Shown here piece after piece: positions 17,654 to 26,731 of a stretch of 64,000 nt of DNA. The notes beneath the pieces are model-generated. The model was not told the DNA's origin. It saw only the letters and a program-made list of their open reading frames with translations, and made no database searches. Made by a program: the position numbers and the translations under genes. The stretch is from Thermoanaerobaculia bacterium (GTDB taxonomy: Bacteria > Acidobacteriota > Thermoanaerobaculia > UBA5066): the NCBI GenBank assembly GCA_038245905.1, contig JBBRRY010000003.1:96001-160000 (forward strand). The letters run 5' to 3'. Each line of letters starts with the position of its first letter. Position 1 is the stretch's first letter.

Positions 17654-20600
17654 ATGAATAGGGCAGGTGTTCGGGCCGGGAAAGGCGTGCGAGAGGCTCT
17701 TCGCGCTTCCCTCCCGCTTCTTTCGGCGGGGTCCTTATCTCTCGCAGCACTTCTCGGCGTGGTGTTTCACGGCCGAACCGAAGGCGCGCGGGGTGACCGG
17801 GTCCTGTCCGCGCTCGATCCTCTCGCGTTTGGCTTCCGGGCGTGGGCGGCCGTGGCTCTCACGTGGCTGTTCGAGCATCGCGCGGGGCTGGCGCTTTTCG
17901 CGACGCTCCTTCTCGTGGCGGCCGCGGCGGTCGCATGCGTGAGAGGGGGCCGGCGCGGCCTTCCGGCGGCACTCCTGTCCGCGGCGGCGGTCGCCGCCAC
18001 GTGGGCCGAAATCCTCCTTCTCGCGGACGCGCGTCCCGGCGGCGGGGCCCTCTTCGCGGCCGCCGTGCTCATGGCGGCGGCCGCTGCATGGATGCGGCCG
18101 CTCCCTCTTACGCCCGGGTTTCCCACGCTGACTCGGGAATCCGCTCCGGAGTCTTCCGCGAGCAGGTCGCTGCCGGGTTGGACCGAGTCCATGGGCCTTT
18201 GCGCACTCTTTTTCCTTGCCCTTGTCACGCGCGCCTGGGCCGTCAATCAGCTTCCGTCGAACTTCGACGAGGAGATGATCTCCGTGCAGACGGAGAGCCG
18301 GACGGCTTACGGCCTCCGGCAGTTCACCGCGACGGAGTTCGTCGGAACGAGCAACGGCCTCGCGACGCCCGTGACGAACCGGCTCGTGTTCTGGGCGCTC
18401 GGCGTTTCGCTCTATGCGTCGCGCGTGACGGCTCTCCTCTGGGGGCTTGCCGCGGTTCCCCTTTTCTGGGGCCTCGTCCGGCGCCTTTGCGGAGGCGGGC
18501 TCGCGACGTTTGGCGCGACTCTCCTTTTCGTCTGTGCTCCCGAGCAGCTTTTCTGGTCGAGGAGCGAGGTCTCGGTCTTCGCGCCCGTCGCGGCCCTCGG
18601 CCTTCTCTTCGCTCACGTGGGCCTGTCGATGGTCGCGCGCTTCGGAATCGCACCCGTCCTTCTCGCCGCCTGCATGACTCCTCTCTGCCGGTTCTTCTAT
18701 ACGGCCGGCCACGTGCTCTTCGTATACCCGGCTCTTCTCGCCGCGCACGCGGCTCTCTTCGCGAGGGGAGTCGCGCGCCGTGCGTTAACAGCTCTGCCGG
18801 TCCTCCTGATCGGGATCGCCGTCTGGGTAGCGAGCGTCTCGATCGCCGTCGCCGCTGCGGGCGGCGGAAGGCGCTTCGTCGATCCGGCACGGGTACGCGG
18901 TGAGTCTGCGTGGCGGGCGGGTTTTCCCTCCACTGCGTCCTCCCTGGAGGTCCTGCGCGGACAGGCGGCGCGCGTCGCCGGGAATCTCGCAAGCGTGGGT
19001 GCGAGCCTGACGTCCCGCCAGGCGTATGCGACGCATTGGTACGAGCGTTTCGTAGTCGTGCCCGCGCGTAACCCGATGGTGTGCGTGGGGCTGACGATCC
19101 TCGCGGCCGTCGGCCTCGGCTATCTCCTCGGCCAGATCGCGGAACGACGAGCCGTCCTCGTCCTCTTCTGGCTGGGCCTCGGCCTCCTGCCCGGAGTCCT
19201 TTCCGACGAGCCGGACGCGCGGCGGCTCTCGCTCATCTTTGTCCCGATTCTCCTCCTCGCCGCGCTCGTCGTGACGGCCTGGGTTCGCCTCGTGAGGGAG
19301 GCAGGCGGCCGCCTCGCGGGCAACCTCGCGAGGGCGGGCGCGGGCCTCGCGTTCGCGGGCGTTTCGACGTGCGGTCTTGCCTCGAATCTGTTGCTGCCGA
19401 TCGCGCCGATCGTGCGGGACGAACAGATCCGCTTCGCCCGCCCGCTCGTCGAGCGGAGCGACGTCCTCCTGCACAATCTCTTCTACCGGCACGGCAAGAC
19501 GCTCGAGTTCGGCGTCCTCGACCGGCTCCTCTCGCCGGCCGGGCCGTGCATGCAGTTCGTCGATCGGGGCGACGAGCTGCTCTCGCTCCTCCGGCCCTCG
19601 TGCGATTTCAGGGAGGAGGTCTACGGTCTGACGTTGGCACCGGCTGAGATCGAGGCCCGGCGCCGCGCTCTTCAAGCCCTTCCTTCGGCCCGCGTCTCGT
19701 ATCTCTTTCGCGATGGGTCCTCGAGCCGGCGGGCGGTGTCCGTTCTTCTCGCGTTCGATCCGGGCGCACGCGTGTTCGAACGCGACTGGCCTGCCATGGC
19801 GGAGAAGCTCCTGGCTTTCGAGGTGAATCCCGAGGCGCTCCGCGCCGCGACTTCGCCCGAGGCGTCGCCAGGCGGCGTGCGCGGCGGTTTCCTGGTGCCG
19901 AAGCCGGGATGGTACCGGCTCGTGCTCGACCCGCCCTGCCCGGGCGCCCGCATCACGGCGGGTGCCGCGCGGTGGAACGGAGAGGACGAACGGCCGCTCC
20001 TTCCGGGAATCTTCCCCTTCGAGACCTCGGGGCCCGCGGGCTGCGTCTCGCCGGCTCGGCCGCTGCTCGTGGCCTCGGGCGCCGCCGGGACCTTCGCGCC
20101 TGCCTTGACGGCGCCGGCGCTCGCCCTTCTTCCCGAGACGGTGGGCGTCGAGCCCGTCTCCTTCGCGGGCTGGCCCCGCGCGCGAGAGGTCCTGCGCACG
20201 ACCGATCGGATCTCGGATTTCGGCGTGGACCGCGAGGGACGCATTTACGCGCTATTCCTGCGCGACCAGGCGTGGGAGGTCCGCCGATACTCGCGGGGCG
20301 GGGTCGAGACGGAGCGGGTTCGCGCGGAGCTGCCGCTCGACGCGAGCACCGGGACCCTTCTCGTCGAGCCCGAGGGCGGATGCGTCGCCTTTTCGCTGCG
20401 GGCTTTCGAACGCTTCGACAGGAACCTCGTACGCCAGGCACGCTGGGAGCTGCCGGGCGGCCTCGTCGGCTCACACGCGGCACGTCTTCCGGGCGGGCAC
20501 CTCGCCGTCCTGACCGGGAGCTTCGTCCACATCCTCGGCGCGGACGGGCGGGTCGAGAGCGTCTGGGGATCGGAAGGGAAGATGCGCGGAGCGTTCGAGC

Positions 20601-20986
20601 TACCGATCGCCGTGGCCTACGAAGCGAACCGGCTCGCGGTGGTCGAGGAGTCGGGCCGCGTATACGTGTTCCGGCTCGACGAGAACCCGATCGCTCTTCG
20701 GCCCGAGAGCCGCTTCAAGCTCGCGTTCGCACGTGAGCCCCATCCCGAGTATCTCCGCGGCGCCGCATTCGACGGCGGGAGGCTTCTGGTTCCCTACAGC
20801 CCCGACGAGGCGCCGCTCATCGTCGATGTTCTTGGAACCCGCCTGATGCCGGGGCACTTTTCGAGCGATCTCCGGCGCAAGGATCTCGCCTCGCCCTATC
20901 GCTTTTCGCACGCGCCTGGCGAGCTCCTTGTTCTCGACGGGGCCGAGCCGGCGATCCACGCCTTGACGCCCGGAGAGTCCCCGTGA
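17654..20986 (+). CDS. GT-C (PMT_2/ArnT-like) membrane glycosyltransferase with C-terminal beta-propeller-like region
   Basis: Many TM helices, luminal NFDEE acidic motif, C-terminal DFGVDREG.IY and PIAVA repeats. Confidence 0.7.
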   Translation: MNRAGVRAGKGVREALRASLPLLSAGSLSLAALLGVVFHGRTEGARGDRVLSALDPLAFGFRAWAAVALTWLFEHRAGLALFATLLLVAAAAVACVRGGRRGLPAALLSAAAVAATWAEILLLADARPGGGALFAAAVLMAAAAAWMRPLPLTPGFPTLTRESAPESSASRSLPGWTESMGLCALFFLALVTRAWAVNQLPSNFDEEMISVQTESRTAYGLRQFTATEFVGTSNGLATPVTNRLVFWALGVSLYASRVTALLWGLAAVPLFWGLVRRLCGGGLATFGATLLFVCAPEQLFWSRSEVSVFAPVAALGLLFAHVGLSMVARFGIAPVLLAACMTPLCRFFYTAGHVLFVYPALLAAHAALFARGVARRALTALPVLLIGIAVWVASVSIAVAAAGGGRRFVDPARVRGESAWRAGFPSTASSLEVLRGQAARVAGNLASVGASLTSRQAYATHWYERFVVVPARNPMVCVGLTILAAVGLGYLLGQIAERRAVLVLFWLGLGLLPGVLSDEPDARRLSLIFVPILLLAALVVTAWVRLVREAGGRLAGNLARAGAGLAFAGVSTCGLASNLLLPIAPIVRDEQIRFARPLVERSDVLLHNLFYRHGKTLEFGVLDRLLSPAGPCMQFVDRGDELLSLLRPSCDFREEVYGLTLAPAEIEARRRALQALPSARVSYLFRDGSSSRRAVSVLLAFDPGARVFERDWPAMAEKLLAFEVNPEALRAATSPEASPGGVRGGFLVPKPGWYRLVLDPPCPGARITAGAARWNGEDERPLLPGIFPFETSGPAGCVSPARPLLVASGAAGTFAPALTAPALALLPETVGVEPVSFAGWPRAREVLRTTDRISDFGVDREGRIYALFLRDQAWEVRRYSRGGVETERVRAELPLDASTGTLLVEPEGGCVAFSLRAFERFDRNLVRQARWELPGGLVGSHAARLPGGHLAVLTGSFVHILGADGRVESVWGSEGKMRGAFELPIAVAYEANRLAVVEESGRVYVFRLDENPIALRPESRFKLAFAREPHPEYLRGAAFDGGRLLVPYSPDEAPLIVDVLGTRLMPGHFSSDLRRKDLASPYRFSHAPGELLVLDGAEPAIHALTPGESP

Positions 20987-23877
20987 GCGCGGCATCGCTC
21001 CCGGCGTCCGGCAAACGCCGCGACGGGCCGCTCCGGACGTTTGCCCTCCTTTCTGTCGGCCTGGCTCTTCTAGGAGAGGGTTTGATCCGGACGGGTCGTT
21101 CTCCGTGGGCGGGAATCGCCGCGCAGATCGTTGCGTCTTTCCTCTTCGCATGGGGCGCGTGGCCGCGGCCCGCACCTCCCGCGGTGCCTGTCTTCGTGGC
21201 GCCAGCGCGTTGGAAGCGCGCGGGGCGGCTTGGGTGGCCTCTCGCGTTCGCCGTCGCGGCGTCTTGCGCGATCGCGTCGATCGTCTGGTGCCTGCGGCTC
21301 TATGCCGGGCGCCGCGAGGTGGCGGCGGAGGGCCCGTGGTTCGCGGCGATCTTCCTGATCGCGGCGGCCGGCTTTTTCGGAGGACGGCTCACGGCCTTTG
21401 CACCGCGTTGGGACGCGGCTCCTCCTCTTGGAAGCAGGACGCGCCGCGCCCTCTTCGCGCTCGCGGTTGTCCTCGTCCTCGGCCTCGCGGCCGCGACGCG
21501 TCTCCCGGCGCTCGACCGGATTCCCTTCGGCATCAACGCGGACGAAGGCGATCAGGCGGCCGTGTCGCTCTCGATCCTGCGCGGCCACAACACGACCCCT
21601 CTTTTCGGGGTCGGCTGGTACCACATCAGCATCGTGTACTTCCGGCTCCTCGCGCTCGTCATGGGCGTGGCGGGCGCGACCGTCGCCGGGGCGCGGACGT
21701 TCGGCGCGCTCTCGGGAATCGTCACCGTCGGTCTCGTTCTCTGGCTCGGCGTGCGGCATTTCGGCCGGAGGGCGGGCCTGATCGCCGGCCTCTTCGCGGC
21801 GTCCCTGGGGCCGGCGCTGCAGTTCTCGCGGGAGACGACTTGCGCCGGCCCCACGGCCACGCTCTGGGCGGCGAGCGCGCTCCTGTTTCTGGAAGCGGCA
21901 CGCGGGGGACGCGCGTGGGCCTGGGTCCTCTCGGGGCTCGCGGGAGGCTTCTCGTTCTACTTCTATCCGACGGGGCGCCTCTGGAGCGTCTTCGCCCTCC
22001 TCGTCGTGATCTCATTCCTCGCGACCGCTCCTCGCGGCGCACGAAGGAAGATTTTCGCGGGCGCGATCCTCGCGGCGCTCGCGGCGCTCATCATCGGCGC
22101 GCCGTTTCTGTACCGCGCGTACGTCAACCCGGACTGGTTCGTCGTCCGCGCCCGGGAAACGAGCATCTTCGTCAGCTCGAATCTGTCGCGCCTGCCCTAC
22201 GTCCAACGCGATTGGCCGATGCCCCGCCTTCTTCTCGCGCAGATCGAGCGGTCGATCGGGATCTTCAACCGCTTTCCGGACGGCAACTACTTCTGGCCGA
22301 CGGGAAAGCCGATCCTGCCTGCCGTCTTCTCGGCGCTCACCGTCACCGGACTTCTTGCGAGCCTCTGGCGCGTCCGGGATCCGAGGCTCGCTCTTCTGAC
22401 GGCATGGTTCTGGACGGGTTTCGTCGGCGTCGTCGTCACGGTCGAGACACCGAACCTCCACCGCATGGCGACGGCCGTGCCCGTGCTCGCGATCTTCGCG
22501 GCGCTCGTTCTGGACGAAGGGGCGCGCCGATTCTCGGCGCCTCTCACGCGGCGTGGAGGCCGTGTCGCCGTCACCGCCCTCGTGGCGGCGGCCTCGCTCG
22601 CTCTCGCGGCGCGGGAGCTGGTCTTCTACTTCGGGGAATACGCGAAGCTCGACGCGTGGCCGTACCCGCGGATCGAGGGGGGCGCGATCGCGCAAGAAGG
22701 ACGCGACGCATGGGTCCTGAGCCTCGGCGGCCAGTTCCACATGGTCAACTCGGGCTGGGTCTATCACCTCGCGCCCGATTCCTTTCGAGCCGGGATCCTG
22801 TCCCCCGGCTTCCACCTTCCCCTGACGATGCCTGCGAGCCGCGATCTCGCGTTCCTCTTCTACCCCGGTCAGGAGGACTATCGGAATCTGGTCGAAACGA
22901 TCTATCCCGGCGGAAGTTTTCACCGTGTTCCCTCGGTGCCGGACCAATGGATCTTCGACGTCTATCGTTTGCCGCGGGCCGCGTGGCAGGCCACGCAGGG
23001 CGCGCTGGCACACATGCCTGGAGAGCCGCCTGTCCGCGTCCCGACTCTGTCGGACCCTGCGCCCGGGGCGCGCCCCGACGCCGTCATGAGATGGACGGCC
23101 GCGATGCGCGTGCCTCGCTTCGGCAACTACGCGTTCCGTCTCGGCCCCGGCCCGGCCCGTCTCGCGATCGACGGACACGAAGTCCTGTCGATCGCCGCGG
23201 GCGAGCAGGCGAAAGAGGAATCCCTGTGCCTGGCGCGCGGCGATCATTTCGTCGAGCTGGAGGGTTCGCTCGTGGGGGGCCTCCCGCGAGCACGCCTTCT
23301 TTGGGCCCCGTTCGCCAACGCGGGAGCAGGGCCGGTTTTCGAGACGATCCCGACCGCAATCCTGAGACCTCTCGCAAAGCCACCGGGCGGCCTCTTCGGC
23401 GTCGTGACGTTTCGCGGCGGGCGCCGGCAGGAGCGCCTCGACGGCACGCTCGCGACATGGAACCTCTCCGATGAGTTTGAGTTCGGGGGCGAACGCTTCG
23501 GCGCCGTTTGGACGGGATCGCTCGTCGCCCCTGCAACGGGGTCTTACGAAATGGGCCTTCTGGCTTCGGGGACGGCCGAGCTGAAGATCGACGGGCAAAC
23601 CGTTCTCAGGAGCGACGGAGCGCACGACAAGCCCGTCGCCTCGAGCGTCACGCTCGGCGCGGGTGAGCACGCCGTGGAGCTTTCCTTCAAGGAGTCGGTC
23701 GAGCCCGCGAGGCTCGAATGGACATGGACACCGCCCGGAGGGAGAAGCTCCATCGTTCCCCCGTCCGCGCTCCGGCCGCCGCGGGGCGCGGGCATGTCGC
23801 CGCCCTGCAAACAGGAAGACTTCGGCCCGCCCGACCGGCTCCCTCCCGTCGACCACCCCGTTTTTCTGAGGTGGTAG
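20983..23877 (+). CDS. GT-C (PMT_2-like) membrane glycosyltransferase with C-terminal PA14-like domains
   Basis: PFGINADEG; PA14 pattern FGAVWTGSLVAPATGSYEM...LKIDG...L.AGEH; GTGA overlap with upstream gene. Confidence 0.78.
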   Translation: MSAASLPASGKRRDGPLRTFALLSVGLALLGEGLIRTGRSPWAGIAAQIVASFLFAWGAWPRPAPPAVPVFVAPARWKRAGRLGWPLAFAVAASCAIASIVWCLRLYAGRREVAAEGPWFAAIFLIAAAGFFGGRLTAFAPRWDAAPPLGSRTRRALFALAVVLVLGLAAATRLPALDRIPFGINADEGDQAAVSLSILRGHNTTPLFGVGWYHISIVYFRLLALVMGVAGATVAGARTFGALSGIVTVGLVLWLGVRHFGRRAGLIAGLFAASLGPALQFSRETTCAGPTATLWAASALLFLEAARGGRAWAWVLSGLAGGFSFYFYPTGRLWSVFALLVVISFLATAPRGARRKIFAGAILAALAALIIGAPFLYRAYVNPDWFVVRARETSIFVSSNLSRLPYVQRDWPMPRLLLAQIERSIGIFNRFPDGNYFWPTGKPILPAVFSALTVTGLLASLWRVRDPRLALLTAWFWTGFVGVVVTVETPNLHRMATAVPVLAIFAALVLDEGARRFSAPLTRRGGRVAVTALVAAASLALAARELVFYFGEYAKLDAWPYPRIEGGAIAQEGRDAWVLSLGGQFHMVNSGWVYHLAPDSFRAGILSPGFHLPLTMPASRDLAFLFYPGQEDYRNLVETIYPGGSFHRVPSVPDQWIFDVYRLPRAAWQATQGALAHMPGEPPVRVPTLSDPAPGARPDAVMRWTAAMRVPRFGNYAFRLGPGPARLAIDGHEVLSIAAGEQAKEESLCLARGDHFVELEGSLVGGLPRARLLWAPFANAGAGPVFETIPTAILRPLAKPPGGLFGVVTFRGGRRQERLDGTLATWNLSDEFEFGGERFGAVWTGSLVAPATGSYEMGLLASGTAELKIDGQTVLRSDGAHDKPVASSVTLGAGEHAVELSFKESVEPARLEWTWTPPGGRSSIVPPSALRPPRGAGMSPPCKQEDFGPPDRLPPVDHPVFLRW

Positions 23878-23884
23878 GCGTGAC

Positions 23885-24685
23885 TCAGCGTGCGGGCGCT
23901 TCCGCGGGCGCCGTCCAGTAAGCCTGCTCCGCGATCTGCTCGAGCGCGGGGGAGCGATAGCGGCCCGAGTCCCACGCCCGGCGGAGGGAGGCGATGTGCC
24001 CCAGCATGCGCACGGAATCGAGGCCGAGACGGACGGTGGTCGGCTCGGAGCGGCGCAGCCGGACCGGGACGCGCTTGATCTCGAGGTTGTACTTGAGCGC
24101 CAGGTAGAGGAGCTCCACGTCTCCGGCGAAGCCGTTCTCTCTGAGGAGCGGGAAAAGCGCGTCCGCGACGTCGCCTCGAAAGGCTTTGAGACCGCACTGC
24201 GTGTCGAAGAGGCCGCCCGTCACGAGCAGCCTTACGAGCAGCGAGAACGCGGCGGAAGCCGTGTTGCGGCGTCGCGAGATGTGGGGCCGGTAGTCGGACC
24301 CGGCGAGAGTGCGGTCGCCGGTGACGACGTGGAACCCGCGGTCGTTCACGAGGCGGGCCATGTAGGGGACCGCGTCGAGGTCGAACGGGAGGTCGGCGTC
24401 CGTGAAGACGCGGCATCTCCCCCGGCTCGCCCGCATTCCCGCTTTTAACGCACCGAACTTCCCGAGGTTTCTCGGGAGGGAGACGATCGTGAGGTTCCCT
24501 TGGGGACGCGCGGCGAGGCGTTCCGCCGTGTCGTCCGTGCTCCCGTCGTCGACGGCGACGATCTCCCACGAAAGGGCCCCCCGGCGGAGGAACTCCTCTA
24601 TTTCGGCAAGACTTCTCTCCACGAAGAGCGCCGCGTTGAAGACCGGCAGGATGAGCGAGAGATCGGGAGGCGTCACGGTCGTCAC
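23885..24685 (-). CDS. GT2 polyprenol-phosphate glycosyltransferase (Dol-P-Glc/Man synthase-like)
   Basis: LILPVFN, VDDGSTD, NLGK, FTDAD, DTQCGLKAF, DVELL. GTG 24685 overlaps the upstream stop. Confidence 0.88.
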   Translation of the reverse strand: MTTVTPPDLSLILPVFNAALFVERSLAEIEEFLRRGALSWEIVAVDDGSTDDTAERLAARPQGNLTIVSLPRNLGKFGALKAGMRASRGRCRVFTDADLPFDLDAVPYMARLVNDRGFHVVTGDRTLAGSDYRPHISRRRNTASAAFSLLVRLLVTGGLFDTQCGLKAFRGDVADALFPLLRENGFAGDVELLYLALKYNLEIKRVPVRLRRSEPTTVRLGLDSVRMLGHIASLRRAWDSGRYRSPALEQIAEQAYWTAPAEAPAR

Positions 24686-25587
24686 GCCGCCCGGCTCCGG
24701 CGCGCCGTCACGAGCATGGAGCCTGAATTCGCATAGAGGGCGGCGTCGGCGTCGCCAGGGCGAAAAAGGTCCGCGACCGCGCGCAGCAAGCCTCCCCCGA
24801 AGGGAAGCGCGTCCCCGATCCGCCTGAGAAGGAAGTCGAGGGACACGTACTGGCCGCACGAAGAGACGTGCTCGATCTCGAACCCAGGCGCGAGCACTGC
24901 CGCGAGCGTCCGCGGCGAGAAGTACGACACATGTTCGGGAATCTTGTAGGACACCCACCGCCGCCCAGTCGCGCGCGCGAGGAGGCTCTTCACGTTCGGC
25001 GTCGCGACCAGAATGCGCCCCTCCGGCGCGAGGTGCCACGCGAGGTCCACGGCGAGCCGGCGGGGATCGTAGATGTGCTCGACGACATCGAAGAGCGTGA
25101 TGACGTCGAAGAAGCCCTGCGGAAAGAGGCGGTCCGAAAGGGTTCCGAGGCGGATGCGGTCCAGATGGCGCAAGGACGCGACCGCCACCGCGGTTGAGGA
25201 CACGTCGAGGCCCCACGCTTCGTATCCGCGCGAGAGGGCCGCCTCGAGGCCGGCGCCGGGGCCGCATCCCACGTCGAGGAGCCGGGCGCCGGCATGGCGC
25301 GAAGGAAGACGAGAGAGACGCCGGACGAATGTGCGGACGAGGAGAGGCTCCATGGCCGAATACGAGGAGTATCCGCTGTCGGGGCCACCCTCTTCCCAGT
25401 ACTCGGGTGCGCTATACAGGCGGGCCACGTCGTCCTCGTGAACGCGCGGGGAGAGATAGCGCATCGAGCAGGAATCGCAATCGACGACGCGGTACGGCGG
25501 AAACAACGCCCGCGCCTTCTCCGGGGGCGGTTCATCGCAGAGCGGGCACGCGCACGTTTCGAGGCGGAACGGAGCGGCCGCGATCAT
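24682..25587 (-). CDS. Class I SAM-dependent methyltransferase with N-terminal Zn-ribbon
   Basis: CPLC...CDSC, LLDVGCGPG, FDVITLFDVVEH, PEHVSYFS. Confidence 0.88.
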   Translation of the reverse strand: MIAAAPFRLETCACPLCDEPPPEKARALFPPYRVVDCDSCSMRYLSPRVHEDDVARLYSAPEYWEEGGPDSGYSSYSAMEPLLVRTFVRRLSRLPSRHAGARLLDVGCGPGAGLEAALSRGYEAWGLDVSSTAVAVASLRHLDRIRLGTLSDRLFPQGFFDVITLFDVVEHIYDPRRLAVDLAWHLAPEGRILVATPNVKSLLARATGRRWVSYKIPEHVSYFSPRTLAAVLAPGFEIEHVSSCGQYVSLDFLLRRIGDALPFGGGLLRAVADLFRPGDADAALYANSGSMLVTARRSRAA

Positions 25588-25682
25588 CCGGATCCCCCCG
25601 GTCCCTAGGATACCGGGGAGCGTGTGTGGGCGCGTCGCGCGCGCACTTGGTATCATCGTTCGAGCCCGTGAGGTGTACGACG

Positions 25683-26198
25683 ATGTGGGATAAGTGGCAC
25701 TGTCTTCCGATCGCTCTGTGCGTCCTTTCTCTCGGTTGCGGCGGGAAAAAGCCGGAGGCTCAGGTGAAGGGCGGCGCCGCCGCCGCCGAAAAGCCGGCCG
25801 AGGTCGTCGCGACCCCGGTTGTGGCCCAAGAGGCGCCGAAGGGCCCCTTCATTTCGAAGTTCCGTCTCGGCTCTTCGTCGGGTCCCGAGGGCGTCGTGAT
25901 CGCCGAAGCGCACGCCTTCGTGCCGGGAGAAAATGTCTTCGCCTCGTTCGAGATCCCGAATGCCGCCGCGGGGTCGAAAGTCCGCGTTTCCTGGGCCGCT
26001 TTGCCCGACAGGAAGATCCTTTCTCGCCAGGAAGCGGCGCTCCCGCCGGACAAGCCGGCGGTGGCCTTCAAGGGCGATTCGAAAAGCTGGCCGCTCGGGG
26101 ACTACGAGTTCCTCATCGTTCTCGCCGAGCCGGGGAAGGACGACGCGAGACCCTTGGGGAGCGCGACGTTCAAGATCGTCAAGGACAAGCCGAGATAG
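25683..26198 (+). CDS. Hypothetical lipoprotein
   Basis: Lipobox LSLGC, Ala/Pro linker, small beta domain (WPLGDY). Confidence 0.65.
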   Translation: MWDKWHCLPIALCVLSLGCGGKKPEAQVKGGAAAAEKPAEVVATPVVAQEAPKGPFISKFRLGSSSGPEGVVIAEAHAFVPGENVFASFEIPNAAAGSKVRVSWAALPDRKILSRQEAALPPDKPAVAFKGDSKSWPLGDYEFLIVLAEPGKDDARPLGSATFKIVKDKPR

Positions 26199-26233
26199 GT
26201 CTCGTTCGGGTCTTTCTCGATTGAGGCTGCGCC

Positions 26234-26731
26234 GTGGCAACCCGTAGGATCTTTCTCCTCACGGCGATTGGGACGGCCTTCGCTGCCGCGACCTCCGTCT
26301 CGGGGGCCGTGCTCGTCTTCGTTCTCGGTCCGCTCCGCCGGCGCGCTCGGCAAGAGCCTGTGCTCCTCGACGTCGGACCGGTGTCGGCCTTCGGGGCGCT
26401 GCGGGCGGGCGCGCCTCGGCCCGAAGAAATCCTCGTCGAGCGCACCGTCGAGGACGGCTACATGACGCGCCGCGTGAAGGAACGATTCGTCGTGGTGCGC
26501 GACGTCCGCGCCGCGTCGGGCCTCGCGGCGCTCGTCCCGACGTGCAGCCACCTCGGGTGCGGCGTCTCGTGGGACCAGGGCCGTAACGCGTTCCTCTGTC
26601 CCTGCCACGGCGGCGTCTACGGGCCCGATGGCGCCGTCCTGGCCGGCCCGCCGCCGAGGCCTCTCACGCGCCTGCCGCTCATGGCGGCCGGCGGACGCTT
26701 GCACCTCGACGCTTCGGCTCTCGACACGTGA
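26234..26731 (+). CDS. qcrA: Rieske 2Fe-2S subunit of cytochrome bc complex
   Basis: Tat-like TRRIFL, CSHLGC, CPCHGG, GPPPRPL. Confidence 0.9.
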   Translation: MATRRIFLLTAIGTAFAAATSVSGAVLVFVLGPLRRRARQEPVLLDVGPVSAFGALRAGAPRPEEILVERTVEDGYMTRRVKERFVVVRDVRAASGLAALVPTCSHLGCGVSWDQGRNAFLCPCHGGVYGPDGAVLAGPPPRPLTRLPLMAAGGRLHLDASALDT

